Origin: an uncultured Micrococcales bacterium
GTDB lineage: Bacteria; Actinomycetota; Actinomycetes; Actinomycetales; Microbacteriaceae
Assembly (NCBI GenBank): GCA_903834635.1
Contig: CAILJO010000082.1
Span: 8,593 to 72,592 of the forward strand
DNA length: 64,000 nucleotides
Direction of reading: 5' to 3'
Under the pieces are notes generated by a model. That model was not told the origin of the DNA. It ran no database searches and saw nothing but the letters and a program-made list of their open reading frames with translations. Position 1 is the first letter of the stretch. Each line of letters opens with the position of its first letter. The translations under genes and the position numbers were made by a program. This document shows positions 48,695 through 61,511 of the stretch, in pieces.

Positions 48695-49866
48695 CCGCCG
48701 CTCACTCCAATTTCAGCATCCTGCAGCACGGACTTTTGGTCTCCGACAAGTTCTCGTGAGTCAAGCCATCTCTCCGGAAGCGCGCAAGTCTTCGCGCCAC
48801 CGAGACGTCCACGCGGACCTTCGGCTTCCTCGCCAGGATAAGGCTGCTCTCGATCCAAGCCAGAAAGTATTTGATCCATGTGTTCTAAACTCTCGACTTG
48901 AGCGAGCGCAGCTCTGAATTCGCCACCGACCGGATATCCTTTGAAATACCAAGCAACATGCTTTCTGATGTCGCGACAGGCGTGCTCTTCGGATTCAAAG
49001 AATTCCACGAGCAACTCGGCGTGACGCTTAAAGGCGTCAGCCACCTCACCAAGGTTGGGTTGGATGGGGTTGATGGCCGCATTTGAGTTTGGGTCTCTAA
49101 GATACTCATCAAATGCCGCCTGAAGGTCTCCAAATAGCCATGGCCGACCCAAACAGCCTCTACCTACAACCACGCCATCGACGCCGGTTTGACGCATCAT
49201 GCGAATCGCATCGTTGGCAGACCAGATGTCGCCGTTGCCGAGAACTTGCACGTCTGGAAGAGCTTCACGCAAATCTGCGATCGAGTTCCAATCGGCGTTG
49301 CCAGAGTAATAATCACTTGCTGTGCGCCCGTGGAGAGCGATGGCCGCCACACCTGCGTCTCGAGCAGCCTTTCCTGCATCCAAGAACGTCAAATGCTCGG
49401 CGTCGATGCCTTTTCGCATTTTCACGGTGACAGGAATGTCCCCCGCAGCCTTCACGGCAGCCTGCACGATAGAAGAGAACAAGTCTTGCTTCCAGGGCAG
49501 CGCAGCGCCTCCGCCTTTGCGGGTCACCTTTGGAACCGGGCAACCAAAGTTGAGGTCAATGTGGTCTGCCCGGTCCTCTGAGACCAACATCGTTACCGCA
49601 TCTGCGATTGTTTTTGGATCTACGCCATAAAGCTGAACAGACCTAATGTCTTCGCTTTCGTGGTGCCCGACGAGTCTTAGAGACTCTTCGGTGCGCTCAA
49701 CGAGAGCACGCGAAGTAACCATCTCAGAAACGTAAAGTCCACCACCGAATTCACGACAAAGGCGTCGAAACGCGGTGTTAGTAATTCCAGCCATCGGCGC
49801 CAGAACGACTGGCGTGGCTATCGAAATCTTGCCGTACTGAAGTGCAGGCTTGACCGCAGTCGTCAC
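48691..49866 (-). CDS. dus: tRNA-dihydrouridine synthase
   Basis: 391 aa. VLAPMAGITN, DLNFGCP and a TIM-barrel FMN pattern. GTG start. Confidence 0.9.
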   Translation of the reverse strand: MTTAVKPALQYGKISIATPVVLAPMAGITNTAFRRLCREFGGGLYVSEMVTSRALVERTEESLRLVGHHESEDIRSVQLYGVDPKTIADAVTMLVSEDRADHIDLNFGCPVPKVTRKGGGAALPWKQDLFSSIVQAAVKAAGDIPVTVKMRKGIDAEHLTFLDAGKAARDAGVAAIALHGRTASDYYSGNADWNSIADLREALPDVQVLGNGDIWSANDAIRMMRQTGVDGVVVGRGCLGRPWLFGDLQAAFDEYLRDPNSNAAINPIQPNLGEVADAFKRHAELLVEFFESEEHACRDIRKHVAWYFKGYPVGGEFRAALAQVESLEHMDQILSGLDREQPYPGEEAEGPRGRLGGAKTCALPERWLDSRELVGDQKSVLQDAEIGVSGG

Positions 49867-49868
49867 TG

Positions 49869-51248
49869 TTAGCCGATCAGGCGCTCTGCAAGGTAGCCAC
49901 GAAGCTTGTCGAGCGAGACACGCTCTTGCGCCATGGTGTCACGCTCACGTACTGTGACCGCACGGTCATCCAAGGTTTCGAAATCAACCGTGATACAAAA
50001 AGGCGTTCCGATCTCATCTTGGCGACGATAGCGACGCCCGATTGCACCACTGTCATCGAAATCGATGTTCCAATAGCCCCTCAGCTCTTGTGCAAGGTCG
50101 CGAGCAACCGGCGACAGGTCTTCATTGCGAGACAGGGGCAGAACAGCCGCTTTGATTGGAGCCAAACGGTAGTCCAAACGAAGGACTGTTCTTACATCAA
50201 CGCCACCCTTTGTATTTGGGGCTTCATCTTCGGCATATGCGTCGACCAAGAATGCCATCAGTGAGCGGGTCAAGCCTGCGGCTGGCTCAATCACGTATGG
50301 AGTCCAGCGTTCGCCCTTAGCCTGGTCGAAGTAAGACAGGTCTACGCCAGACTCGCGTGAATGTGTGGTCAGGTCAAAGTCGGTGCGGTTGGCAATGCCT
50401 TCGAGCTCTCCGAACTCACTGCCCTGAAAACCGAAGCGATATTCGATGTCAACTGTGCGCTTCGAATAGTGAGAAAGTTTCTCTTTTGGGTGCTCGAAAA
50501 GGCGCAAGTTATCTGGGTTGATGCCCAAGTCTGTGTACCAGTCCATGCGGGCTTTAATCCAATAGTCGTGCCACTCTTCATCTGTGCCTGGCTCGACAAA
50601 GAACTCCATCTCCATTTGTTCAAATTCACGCGTTCTGAAAATGAAGTTTCCTGGAGTGATTTCGTTGCGAAATGACTTTCCGATCTGGCCGATACCGAAT
50701 GGCGGCTTCATGCGAGCCGCACCAAGCACGTTAGCAAAGTTCACAAAGATACCCTGGGCGGTTTCAGGTCGAAGGTAGTGCAAACCGCTTTCATCCTCGA
50801 TCGGGCCAAGGTACGTCTTAAGCAATCCGTTGAACATCTTTGGCTCGGTCCAAGCATCCTTGGTGCCACAGTTTGGACAGGCGATTTCGGCCATCGATGA
50901 AGGTAGACGACCCTTCTTCTCTTCGAAGGCCTCTTCAAGGTGGTCGGCACGAAAGCGCTTGTGGCAAGAGGTGCACTCAATCAACGGGTCAACGAACTCA
51001 CGGACGTGTCCCGAGGACTCCCAAACCTTGCGAGGAAGGATTACCGACGAGTCAAGTCCAACGACATCTTCACGACTGTTGACGACTGTGCGCCACCACT
51101 GCCGCTTGATGTTCTCTTTTAGCTCGACTCCAAGGGGCCCGTAATCCCACGCGGAACGCGTGCCTCCGTAGATTTCGCCGGCTGGAAAAACAAAGCCTCT
51201 GCGCTTTGCGAGAGAAATAACCGAATCGAGGCGGTTTGGGGTGGCCAC
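49869..51248 (-). CDS. glyQS: Glycine--tRNA ligase (alpha2 type)
   Basis: 459 aa. GTG start after SD AAGGAG. Class II motifs ([21 protein letters not shown]; GIGQ...). Confidence 0.95.
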   Translation of the reverse strand: MATPNRLDSVISLAKRRGFVFPAGEIYGGTRSAWDYGPLGVELKENIKRQWWRTVVNSREDVVGLDSSVILPRKVWESSGHVREFVDPLIECTSCHKRFRADHLEEAFEEKKGRLPSSMAEIACPNCGTKDAWTEPKMFNGLLKTYLGPIEDESGLHYLRPETAQGIFVNFANVLGAARMKPPFGIGQIGKSFRNEITPGNFIFRTREFEQMEMEFFVEPGTDEEWHDYWIKARMDWYTDLGINPDNLRLFEHPKEKLSHYSKRTVDIEYRFGFQGSEFGELEGIANRTDFDLTTHSRESGVDLSYFDQAKGERWTPYVIEPAAGLTRSLMAFLVDAYAEDEAPNTKGGVDVRTVLRLDYRLAPIKAAVLPLSRNEDLSPVARDLAQELRGYWNIDFDDSGAIGRRYRRQDEIGTPFCITVDFETLDDRAVTVRERDTMAQERVSLDKLRGYLAERLIG

Positions 51249-51303
51249 TCTAACTCCTTGCGTCCGGCTGGATGTCGGACCGATCGTGTGCGAAATAACT
51301 AGT

Positions 51304-52092
51304 TTAGTTGGCTCGTTTGTTCTTCACAGGTTTATCTACAGCCGCACCGAAGCGACGAGACCGAGTTGTGAAATCTAATATCGACTTCCAAAGCTCTTTG
51401 CGGTCGAAGTCTGGCCACGGTGTGTCAACAAAAGATAGTTCTGCATAGGCACTTTGCCAGAGTAAGAAATTGGAGATCCGCTGTTCTCCGCTACTGCGCA
51501 GAAAAAGATCAACATCCGGAAGGAAACCAGAGTTCAAGTATTTGCCCAAGGTTTTTTCAGAAATCGACCCAGGCTTGAGCTTTGCGTCGGCGACATCTTT
51601 GCTGATCGCGTTGATCGCATCTAGAAGTTCGATGCGCGATCCATAATTTACGCACATCGTCAAGGTGAGCGTGGAGTTTTTGGCGGTCAATTTCTCGGCG
51701 CTTTCGAGTTCACGAATTACGCTTCCCCAGAGCTTAGGGCGGCGCCCTGCCCAGCGAACTCGCACGCCCCAATGATTTAACTGATCGCGACGGCGACGAA
51801 GGACTTCAATGTTGTAGCCCATTAAGAATCGGACTTCTTCAGGAGATCGTTTCCAATTTTCTGTTGAGAATGCAAACACTGTCAGGTATTTCACACCAGC
51901 TTCAATAGCCCCGGCAACGACGTCGAGCAACGCGACTTCGCCCGCCTTGTGACCCTCAACACGTGTTAGGCCTCTGGCATTAGCCCAACGTCCGTTTCCG
52001 TCCATGACAATGGCGACGTGATTTGGAACAGGGCCAGGACCGAATTGTGGAACCTTGAGGCCCGGCTTGGTTACCGGTTGAAAGTCATTCAT
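51304..52092 (-). CDS. uppS: Undecaprenyl (isoprenyl) diphosphate synthase
   Basis: The start at 52092 gives an ATGA overlap with the recO stop (the ORF is open to 52140). [13 protein letters not shown] and [15 protein letters not shown] motifs. Confidence 0.9.
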   Translation of the reverse strand: MNDFQPVTKPGLKVPQFGPGPVPNHVAIVMDGNGRWANARGLTRVEGHKAGEVALLDVVAGAIEAGVKYLTVFAFSTENWKRSPEEVRFLMGYNIEVLRRRRDQLNHWGVRVRWAGRRPKLWGSVIRELESAEKLTAKNSTLTLTMCVNYGSRIELLDAINAISKDVADAKLKPGSISEKTLGKYLNSGFLPDVDLFLRSSGEQRISNFLLWQSAYAELSFVDTPWPDFDRKELWKSILDFTTRSRRFGAAVDKPVKNKRAN

Positions 52093-52814
52093 TCTCGCTC
52101 CACATGTTGAAGCGATTTTAACCCTCGTTCGATGTGCCATTGGGAATATGCGGCAACAAGTCCGGCCGCCGAGGATCGAGACCTTGAACTGCTAGCCTCG
52201 GCAACGGTCCAATCCCCAGCCAATAACGCCCCCAGTAGTGCTGCCGTATCTGCGTCTAGAGTCGCGGCGCCAGCGGGTTTGCAGTTTGAGCAGACAACTC
52301 CACCGAGCTGTAGAACAAACGCGGTGTGCGGGCCTGGCGCTGAGCAATGCGCGCAATCTGAGAAGTTTGGCGCCCAGCCGGCAATCGAGAGTGCACGAAG
52401 CAGATAAGAATCAAGAATCAGTGATGCATCGTGTTCGCGCTTTGCTAGTGACCTCAGCGCGCCAACCAATAGAAGGTATTGCTGAGGAACCGAGTCGTCA
52501 CCGGTAAGTTTTTCGGCGGTTTCTAGCATGGCGCTGGCCGCCGTGTAACTCGGATAGTCGTCGATGATTTCTTTGCCATAAGCAGAAAGAGTTTCTACCT
52601 GACTAACGGTGTCTAAAGTGCGCCCCTCGAAAAGCTGAACATCGACCACCATAAACGGTTCGAGGCGAGACCCAAACTTCGATGCTGTGCGTCGAACCCC
52701 TTTTGCCACCGCCCTGATTTGCCCGTGATACCTAGTCAGCATTGTGACGATGCGATCGGCTTCGCCAAGCTTGTGGGTTCGCAAAACCACGGCTTCGTCA
52801 CGATAAAGGGGCAC
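52089..52814 (-). CDS. recO: DNA repair protein RecO
   Basis: 241 aa with a GTG start. N-terminal OB-fold [21 protein letters not shown] and zinc CAHC...CSNC. Confidence 0.9.
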   Translation of the reverse strand: MPLYRDEAVVLRTHKLGEADRIVTMLTRYHGQIRAVAKGVRRTASKFGSRLEPFMVVDVQLFEGRTLDTVSQVETLSAYGKEIIDDYPSYTAASAMLETAEKLTGDDSVPQQYLLLVGALRSLAKREHDASLILDSYLLRALSIAGWAPNFSDCAHCSAPGPHTAFVLQLGGVVCSNCKPAGAATLDADTAALLGALLAGDWTVAEASSSRSRSSAAGLVAAYSQWHIERGLKSLQHVERE

Positions 52815-52854
52815 GCGTCAAGTATCGCCGAGAGGCGACGTAAAACCGCTCAGA

Positions 52855-54630
<1,776 letters not shown>

Positions 54631-54647
54631 TCAGCCAGCAACAATCA

Positions 54648-54709
54648 CCGCGACGAGTCGGGCCGAGTTAGGCCTCGTCGCGGCTGCTAAGTAGGAGCCC
54701 GAAGAACAC
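54648..54709 (-). promoter_or_regulatory. Candidate leuA leader: 13-codon mini-ORF with three consecutive Leu codons overlapping a 10-bp hairpin (possible attenuator, or alternatively the era terminator)
   Basis: Minus strand: GTG TTC TTC GGG CTC CTA CTT AGC AGC CGC GAC GAG GCC TAA (54709..54668). CCGCGACGAG (54683..54674) pairs perfectly with CTCGTCGCGG (54657..54648) and is followed by UGAUUGUUGCU. There is no good SD for the GTG. Confidence 0.3.
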
Positions 54710-54751
54710 CCTTTTAGGTTAGACCCTGCGCAGACTAAAAGCCAAGTCTGT

Positions 54752-55642
54752 TTAGAAGCCCAATCGACCGAGCTGCTTTGGGTCGCGCTGCCAATCAGGA
54801 GCAACTTTGACCCGAATGTTTAGAAAAACTTTCTGACCGACCAGTTTTTCAATTCCGCTGCGCGCCTTTGAACCGACGTCCTTGATGCGAGACGCACCTT
54901 TTCCGATGATGATGGCTTTCTGGCTGTCACGCTCAACCCAAACATTGGCGTGTATGTCAAAAATGTCACGCCCTTCGCGCTTGCCCATCTCATCAATCGT
55001 CACGGCGAGAGAGTGTGGCAGCTCGTCGTGAACGCCCTCGAGAGCCGCTTCACGGATGAGTTCACAGATTCGCTCCTCAAGTGTTTCGTCGGTCACAGCA
55101 TCTTCTGGGTACAAAGCTTCAGACACCGGCAGAAGTGAAATCAAAACGTCGCCTAATTCATCAAGCTGTTGCTCGGCTACGGCTGAAACAGGAATGATTT
55201 CTGCCCAGTCACGCAGCTTGCTTACTTCCATCAGTTGATTGGCAAGTTGGTCTCGAGATACGAGCTCACTCTTGGTAACAATGCAAACCAACTTGGCTCG
55301 GCGAAAGTTATTTAGTTGCTCATTGATGAAAGCATCGCCAGGCCCAATTTTTTCGTTCGCTGGAATGCAGAGGGCTATAACGTCAACGTCACCCAGAGTG
55401 CTGTCTACCAGGTCATTGAGTCTCTGGCCGAGAAGAGTTCGAGGACGGTGCAACCCTGGAGTATCAACGAGAATAAGTTGGCCGTTCTTGCGGTGCACTA
55501 TTCCACGGATGGCGCGCCGCGTAGTCTGCGGTTTCGAACTCGTGATCGCAACTTTCTGACCTACAAGTGCGTTTGTCAGTGTTGATTTTCCAACGTTTGG
55601 TCGCCCAACAAATGAGACGAATCCCGATCGGTGTTCGCTCAT
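54752..55642 (-). CDS. era: GTPase Era
   Basis: 296 aa. G1 GRPNVGKST, DTPG and a C-terminal KH domain. Confidence 0.95.
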   Translation of the reverse strand: MSEHRSGFVSFVGRPNVGKSTLTNALVGQKVAITSSKPQTTRRAIRGIVHRKNGQLILVDTPGLHRPRTLLGQRLNDLVDSTLGDVDVIALCIPANEKIGPGDAFINEQLNNFRRAKLVCIVTKSELVSRDQLANQLMEVSKLRDWAEIIPVSAVAEQQLDELGDVLISLLPVSEALYPEDAVTDETLEERICELIREAALEGVHDELPHSLAVTIDEMGKREGRDIFDIHANVWVERDSQKAIIIGKGASRIKDVGSKARSGIEKLVGQKVFLNIRVKVAPDWQRDPKQLGRLGF

Positions 55643-56769
55643 TATTTTTCTCCTTCAAAGGTGGTTTTAGCGTCATCCAAAGTAGCTTCAGCCTTTACCA
55701 AAACAGTTATCAATCTCTTGCGTCGGGCTTCAATGCGTTCAGCCGTAAAGAGTAATCCCGAATAAACCACAGAGTCGCCCTTGGCTGGCAATCGCCCAAG
55801 CTCCTTCGACAGAAGCCCGCCGACCGAATCGACATCCTCATCTTCAAGTTCAAGATCAAAGCGTTCGCCAAGGTCGAAGAGTGAGCACTTGGCGTTAACT
55901 CTAAGTTGCCCGTTGTCGAGCTCCTCGATTTCGGCAGGGTCTCGGTCGTATTCGTCAGCGATTTCGCCGACAATCTCTTCGATGACGTCTTCCATCGTGA
56001 CAAGGCCGGCCACTCCCCCGTATTCGTCGACGACGATTGCAATGTGGGTAGATTGCGACTGAAGTTGACGCAGCAGATCATCGACCGGCTTCGATTCGGG
56101 CACGAAAAGCGCAGCGCGGGCCGCATCTTGGGCGCTAACCTTTGTCATCGACTTTGCATCTTCGAGCAGAACGCGCGTGACGTCTTTCAGGTACAGCACT
56201 CCGATGACGTCGTCGACATTTTTGCCGAGCACTGGAAGGCGAGAGTATCCGCGGGTCAAGAACACCTTCATCGCTGTGGCGAGTGAATCTACAGACTTTA
56301 CGGTCGCCATGTCGATTCTTGGCACCATTACTTCGCGAACGATAGTTTCGCCGAATTCATCAACTGATTCGAGCAATTCTTGCTCAAATTCGTCTGGCTT
56401 ATCGGTTTTTGGCATAGACAGTGGCGTGAACAACAGGTCAAGAGAGCGCACCGGAGCATGAAAGCGCCTTGCAAGCCAGGATCCGAAGTTGTTGTGACCC
56501 AGTAGCCTTGCCGAAAGTTGAGATCCAACAAGCAGTACGAACATGGAGCCGACCGAAATTAGCGCAGTTATCCACCAGCGCAAGTTCAGCGGTGAGAGAG
56601 TTTGAACAAGGATCACGCCAAAGAAACCTGTCAGTGTGAGCCTTAGAAAAGAAAGGGATTCGTTGCCGGCATCGGTTAGTTCGTCACGATTCAAGGCGGC
56701 TGCGATTACTGAAGTTAGAGTAGTCGCCACCGCAAGCGCTGCAGCAAGCCAAAGCCCGAGAACAAACAA
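55642..56769 (-). CDS. DUF21/CBS-pair/CorC-HlyC-domain membrane protein (hemolysin-like, putative divalent-ion transporter)
   Basis: 375 aa with a TTG start. N-terminal TM helices, tandem CBS region ([11 protein letters not shown] ... ) and a C-terminal CorC_HlyC-like domain. Confidence 0.85.
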   Translation of the reverse strand: MFVLGLWLAAALAVATTLTSVIAAALNRDELTDAGNESLSFLRLTLTGFFGVILVQTLSPLNLRWWITALISVGSMFVLLVGSQLSARLLGHNNFGSWLARRFHAPVRSLDLLFTPLSMPKTDKPDEFEQELLESVDEFGETIVREVMVPRIDMATVKSVDSLATAMKVFLTRGYSRLPVLGKNVDDVIGVLYLKDVTRVLLEDAKSMTKVSAQDAARAALFVPESKPVDDLLRQLQSQSTHIAIVVDEYGGVAGLVTMEDVIEEIVGEIADEYDRDPAEIEELDNGQLRVNAKCSLFDLGERFDLELEDEDVDSVGGLLSKELGRLPAKGDSVVYSGLLFTAERIEARRKRLITVLVKAEATLDDAKTTFEGEK

Positions 56770-57228
56770 CTAAATTTTCTCGCTCTCGAAAAAGCCTTCA
56801 AGAATTTCGCGCTGAATGCCAAACATTTCTCGCTCTTCATCTGGCGTTGCGTGGTCATAACCAAGCAGATGCAAAACACCGTGCGAAGTCAGCCAAAGCA
56901 TCTCGTGAATCGCGCTGTGACCGGCCTGCTCTGCTTGCGCAGCGGCAACAGTCGGGCAAAGCACAATGTCGCCAAGAAGGCCCGGCGGCGTTGGTGCCGA
57001 AGCGGTTCCTGGGCGCAACTCATCCATCGGAAAACTCAAAACGTCGGTTGGGCCCGGTTCATCCATGAAGTCAATGTGAAGTTTCTCCATGGTTGGTTCG
57101 TCTGCACAGACAATCGAGAGCTCTGCCTCGGGGTGAATGTGCATGAAGTTGAGTGCGAAAGTTGCTAAGCCGAGGATGCGGAACTCGTCGACTTCGACCC
57201 CCGATTCGTTGTTTATTTCAATACTCAT
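56770..57228 (-). CDS. ybeY: rRNA maturation endoribonuclease YbeY
   Basis: 152 aa. Zinc motif [11 protein letters not shown]. Confidence 0.95.
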   Translation of the reverse strand: MSIEINNESGVEVDEFRILGLATFALNFMHIHPEAELSIVCADEPTMEKLHIDFMDEPGPTDVLSFPMDELRPGTASAPTPPGLLGDIVLCPTVAAAQAEQAGHSAIHEMLWLTSHGVLHLLGYDHATPDEEREMFGIQREILEGFFESEKI

Positions 57229-58259
57229 CGGTCGCTCCTGACTCGTTCTGATGGCGATCCCGCAGATTTTGCCGATTTCTTAGAGGTAGCTTTTGCCTCG
57301 AACTTCGAGTACGCATCAACAATTTTTGCGACTAGCGAATGTCTCACAACGTCCGCAGAAGTCAACGTTGCAAAGTGCATGTCATCGATGTTCCGCAGCA
57401 CGTTCGCAGCCGTGCGAAGCCCCGAAGCTCCCGAGGGAAGGTCGATTTGAGTCACGTCGCCGGTGATTACCATTTTGGAATTGAAGCCCAAGCGCGTGAG
57501 AAACATCTTCATTTGCTCGGGGGTGGTGTTTTGCGCCTCGTCGAGAATCACGAATGAGTCATTCAAAGTGCGCCCGCGCATGTAGGCCAGCGGTGCCACC
57601 TCGATGGTTCCAGCAGCCATCAGTCGAGGAATCGAATCGACGTCGAGCATCTCGTGCATGGCATCGTATAGCGGTCGCAAATAAGGATCGATCTTGTCGT
57701 TTAGCGTTCCTGGAAGAAATCCGAGGCGCTCTCCGGCCTCGACAGCGGGTCGAGTGAGGATGATTCGACTCACTTCTTTTCGCTGCAGTGCCTGCACCGC
57801 TTTTGCCATGGCCAGGTATGTTTTACCTGTTCCCGCCGGACCAATGCCAAAAATGATGGTGTTGTTGTCGATGGCGTCGACGTAGGTTTTTTGGCCTTCA
57901 GTTTTTGGCCTGATGGTTTTTCCGCGAGACGAAAGAATGCTTTGACTCAAGACTCCCGCCGCATTCGCAGAGATGTTTGATTGAAGCATGCGAATCGACC
58001 TCAAAATGTCTTCAGAGCTGGGAACTCGACCATTTAGCACCATGGTCGAGAGCTCGTCGATTGTTCTTCGGGCAGCCAACACAGCCGCGGTTGAGCCCTC
58101 AAGCTTTATTTTGTTGCCGCGCGCCGAAATTCGCAGATCGTCAAAAATGGCCTCCAACTGACGCACAAGTTCGTCACCAGGGCCGAATACCGAGGCAATC
58201 GCGATGTCTTCAAGTTCAAACGACTCAGTTGTTAGATCTTTCGCGGGTTTAGTTGCCAC
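57225..58259 (-). CDS. phoH: PhoH-like ATPase
   Basis: 344 aa. Walker [12 protein letters not shown] and ILDEAQN. Confidence 0.9.
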   Translation of the reverse strand: MATKPAKDLTTESFELEDIAIASVFGPGDELVRQLEAIFDDLRISARGNKIKLEGSTAAVLAARRTIDELSTMVLNGRVPSSEDILRSIRMLQSNISANAAGVLSQSILSSRGKTIRPKTEGQKTYVDAIDNNTIIFGIGPAGTGKTYLAMAKAVQALQRKEVSRIILTRPAVEAGERLGFLPGTLNDKIDPYLRPLYDAMHEMLDVDSIPRLMAAGTIEVAPLAYMRGRTLNDSFVILDEAQNTTPEQMKMFLTRLGFNSKMVITGDVTQIDLPSGASGLRTAANVLRNIDDMHFATLTSADVVRHSLVAKIVDAYSKFEAKATSKKSAKSAGSPSERVRSDR

Positions 58260-58587
58260 TGGTTTCCTTTAGCGACTTGCTTGTGATGTGCCCGTGAGCA
58301 TGAAATACGGTTTGACCCGCATCACTTCCGGTGTTGAAAGTCAGGCGGAATGAACCCGCTGCATGGTCGTTCGCGATTTTTGATCCGAGTTGAATGAGAT
58401 CAACCAGTGCTTCTGGGTCAGAGAACGCAAGATCTGCAACATTGTCGTGATGGTTCTTCGGCACCACTAGAACGTGAAGTGGTTGCCTTGGTGAAACATC
58501 AAAGAAGGCAAGTGATTTTTCGCTTTCGGCAACCTTTTTGGCAGGGATTTGCCCAGCCACAATCTTGCAAAAGACACAATCGCTCAA
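58249..58587 (-). CDS. HIT-family nucleotide hydrolase
   Basis: The ORF is open to 58632. GGAGG at 58597..58593 followed 5 nt later by TTG at 58587 gives MSDCVFCKIVAGQIPAKKV. Histidine triad FHAHGHI. Confidence 0.85.
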   Translation of the reverse strand: MSDCVFCKIVAGQIPAKKVAESEKSLAFFDVSPRQPLHVLVVPKNHHDNVADLAFSDPEALVDLIQLGSKIANDHAAGSFRLTFNTGSDAGQTVFHAHGHITSKSLKETSGN

Positions 58588-58606
58588 TGAAACCTCCACA
58601 GCCAAT

Positions 58607-59344
58607 CTACTCCCACACTCCGGTGACGCCACTTAGATAAGAAAGCGCTGCCACGCCAGCAGTTGAAGTTCTCAAAACCCCTGCCCCTAGGTGGACTCTC
58701 TCGGCACCAGACGCTTCGAAAGCTTCTAGCTCTTTCTCGGTGATGCCGCCCTCTGGACCAACAACTAAATAAACAGAACTTTTTCCTTGAAGCGACACTG
58801 CGGTAATCGACTTTGTGGCGGTGGGATCAAGGACCAGCCACTTAGATTCTGACTCGCCCACTTGCTGAGCCAACTGGTTGCTGGTTCTTCTTTCGCCAAC
58901 CTGAACAAACAATGGGCGAAGTGCTTGTTTTGATGCTTCATCACAAATGCTCTGCCAACGAGCCTGATTCTTTGTGGCTTTCGAGTCATCCCATTTCGAA
59001 ACACTTCGGTCAGATTGCCAAGGTATTACCCCGCTAACTCCTATTTCGGTGGCAGCTTGGATGGCAAGTTCGTCTCTATCGCCTTTAGCCAGCGCCTGCA
59101 CGAGAATGAAGGTCTGTTCTGGTTTAGAAATCGGTTTAGCTTCAGAAATTTCTACATCGATGGATTTGTTCGAAACGGCGACTACCGCACCTCGCCAATG
59201 AGTGCTAACACCATTGGTGAGTTGAAGCTTCTCGCCTACTCTCAAACGTCTAACGGAGGCCGCGTGATGACCCTCTGGTCCATCAAGAGTGATTGTTTCA
59301 CCCTCATTGGCCTGTCCATCGAATCTAAAAAGTGGTTCAACCAT
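58607..59344 (-). CDS. rsmE: 16S rRNA (uracil1498-N3)-methyltransferase
   Basis: 245 aa. PUA-like N-terminus, C-terminal SPOUT knot LVVGPEGG and LGAGVLRTSTA. Confidence 0.9.
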   Translation of the reverse strand: MVEPLFRFDGQANEGETITLDGPEGHHAASVRRLRVGEKLQLTNGVSTHWRGAVVAVSNKSIDVEISEAKPISKPEQTFILVQALAKGDRDELAIQAATEIGVSGVIPWQSDRSVSKWDDSKATKNQARWQSICDEASKQALRPLFVQVGERRTSNQLAQQVGESESKWLVLDPTATKSITAVSLQGKSSVYLVVGPEGGITEKELEAFEASGAERVHLGAGVLRTSTAGVAALSYLSGVTGVWE

Positions 59345-60420
59345 TAGTGCTTAGCCTTGAAATGCCCAGCTTTGTGTTTTACCAACTTTGGTTCATCGTT
59401 CTTTCTCAACTTCTGCAGTTGGCGGAATATTTCTTTTTGCTTACTGTCGAGTTTGGTTGGCGTAACAACTTGAAAAGTTACCTTCAAATCGCCACGACCG
59501 TTAGTTCGCAAGTGCTTGATTCCCTTGCCCTTAATGGTGAAAACTTCGCCAGTCTGATCACCCGGTTTTACTTCGACCTGCTCTTGACCATCGAAAGTTT
59601 CGATGTTGATGAGTGCGCCCAAAACTGCATCGTGCAGCGGCACCTCGAGTGTGCAGTGCAGATCATCTCCTTGACGGCTAAAGGTGTCATCGGCTCTGAC
59701 GCTGATGTCGACATAAATATCACCCGATGGTCCACCAGCATGACCAACCTCGCCCTGGCCGGCCAACTGCAGGCGCAAGCCATCTTCGACACCTGCTGGA
59801 ATGTTGAGGTCTAATGTCCTTCTGGCTCGAACGCGACCCTGCCCACGACAAGTCACGCACGGTGTAGGAATCGTTTGGCCGAAACCTTGGCAGTTGGTGC
59901 AAGGCGAAGTAGTCAACACATTGCCAAGCAGAGAACGAACCTGACGCTGAATCACACCGCCGCCCTTGCAGACATCACAGGTTCGAAGCGAAGTTCCGGG
60001 CTGACAACAAGCGCCAGAGCAGGTGTCGCACAAAATCGCGGTGTCAATCTCCATCTGACGCTGAACTCCAAAAGCCACTTCTCTGAGCGTCATTTCGACC
60101 CGAATAAGAGCGTCTTGGCCCCGCTCCATGCGCGAGCGAGGGCCGCGCTGGCCGCCACCAAAAAATGAGTCGAAAATATCGCCAAATCCAAAGCCCTGTG
60201 ACCCGCCGAACGGGTTCTGACCACCCATGTCGTACGAGCGACGTTGTTCGGCATCGCTCAACACTTCGTATGCATGAGTAACGAGCTTGAATCTCTCCTG
60301 CGCCTCGGCGGCTGGGTTTACGTCTGGGTGCAGCTCGCGAGCCAGCTTGCGGTAAGCCTTTTTGATCTGTTCCTCAGATGCCTCGCGCGGCACTCCTAGA
60401 ACCTCGTAATGGTCGCTCAA
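59344..60420 (-). CDS. dnaJ: Chaperone DnaJ (hrcA-linked paralogue)
   Basis: 358 aa with a TTG start. J-domain HPDVNP, G/F region, and four CxxCxGxG-type zinc repeats. Confidence 0.95.
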   Translation of the reverse strand: MSDHYEVLGVPREASEEQIKKAYRKLARELHPDVNPAAEAQERFKLVTHAYEVLSDAEQRRSYDMGGQNPFGGSQGFGFGDIFDSFFGGGQRGPRSRMERGQDALIRVEMTLREVAFGVQRQMEIDTAILCDTCSGACCQPGTSLRTCDVCKGGGVIQRQVRSLLGNVLTTSPCTNCQGFGQTIPTPCVTCRGQGRVRARRTLDLNIPAGVEDGLRLQLAGQGEVGHAGGPSGDIYVDISVRADDTFSRQGDDLHCTLEVPLHDAVLGALINIETFDGQEQVEVKPGDQTGEVFTIKGKGIKHLRTNGRGDLKVTFQVVTPTKLDSKQKEIFRQLQKLRKNDEPKLVKHKAGHFKAKH

Positions 60421-60426
60421 AGTTTC

Positions 60427-61446
60427 CTAGCCTTGAAGAATATTTGTCAAATAATGTGCAACAGCACGAACGGCTGCAATGTTTGTGGAGTAATCCATTC
60501 GGGTTGGCCCGATAACTCCAAGCTTTGCAATCTCGTTGCCCTGGTTTTCATAACCAGTAACCACGACAGAGGTCTCAGATAATCCCTCAAAAGGGTTTTC
60601 TCGGCCGATACGAAGACTTACACCGTGCTGCTCTGCTTGCATCTCAGATATGAGCCGCAACAGCACCACCTGCTCTTCTAGAGCGTCGAGCACAGGAGTG
60701 ATTGAACCGACAAAGTCGCTTTCACGCCTTGCCAGGTTGGCCGTTCCGGCAACGATAAGTTTCTCGGTGCGGTTGGCGTCAACGGTCTCTAGCAACCCTC
60801 CTAGAATCCTTTGGACGATGGGCAATCGCTCTGCGGCGAAGCCATCTTCGAAGCCCTTGATCAAATCTGAAACTTGAGCCAATGGTTTTCCGGTCAAAAC
60901 GGTATTCAGTTTGCCCCGAATTTCGGCAATCAACGCCTCATCGATTGCCTGACCAAGGTCAACTGTGTGCTGCTCATAGCGATTTGAATCCGTGATCAAA
61001 AGCAAAAGCAACCTGGTGTCTGCAACCGAAAACAGCTCAACGTTTCGCACATTAGTTTTGCCGAGCGTCGGGTATTGAACGACAGCCATTTGGTTGGTTA
61101 GCTTTGACAGCGTACGAACCGTATTCGCAAGAACATCGTCGAGATCATTTGCTCCGACCAGCAGCGACTCGATGGCGGCCTTCTCGGCGACCGATAGCGG
61201 TTTCACCTCGGAAAGTCGGTCGACAAAAAGGCGATAGCCCTTATCTGTAGGGACTCGGCCACTGGAGGTGTGTGGCGCGGCGATCAGCTGTTCTTCTTCA
61301 AGCAGGGCCATATCGTTTCGAATGGTGGCAGAAGAAACACCGAAGTCGTGTCGGTCAACGAGAGTTTTAGACCCAATCGGCTCTTTGCTAACGATGTAGT
61401 CCTGAACGATGGCGCGTAGCACTTCAATGGTTCGTTGCTGCAGCAT
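60427..61446 (-). CDS. hrcA: Heat-inducible transcription repressor HrcA
   Basis: 339 aa. N-terminal winged helix LRAIVQDYIVSKEPIGSKTL. SD GGAGGTG. A CIRCE element lies immediately upstream. Confidence 0.95.
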   Translation of the reverse strand: MLQQRTIEVLRAIVQDYIVSKEPIGSKTLVDRHDFGVSSATIRNDMALLEEEQLIAAPHTSSGRVPTDKGYRLFVDRLSEVKPLSVAEKAAIESLLVGANDLDDVLANTVRTLSKLTNQMAVVQYPTLGKTNVRNVELFSVADTRLLLLLITDSNRYEQHTVDLGQAIDEALIAEIRGKLNTVLTGKPLAQVSDLIKGFEDGFAAERLPIVQRILGGLLETVDANRTEKLIVAGTANLARRESDFVGSITPVLDALEEQVVLLRLISEMQAEQHGVSLRIGRENPFEGLSETSVVVTGYENQGNEIAKLGVIGPTRMDYSTNIAAVRAVAHYLTNILQG

Positions 61447-61457
61447 TTACACCTCCG

Positions 61458-61484
61458 TTAGCACTCGCATTACCTGAGTGCCAA
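61458..61484 (-). promoter_or_regulatory. CIRCE operator (HrcA binding site)
   Basis: TTAGCACTC-GCATTACCT-GAGTGCCAA versus consensus TTAGCACTC-N9-GAGTGCTAA (one mismatch), 12 nt upstream of the hrcA start. Confidence 0.85.
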
Positions 61485-61511
61485 TATTACCGCCAGACCG
61501 GCTTTTTGTCC

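Noticed and set aside
51249-51303. A possible T-box or riboswitch leader upstream of glyQS
   Set aside because: The spacer is only 55 nt and holds a weak 5-bp hairpin plus the SD. That is far too short for a T-box or any known riboswitch.
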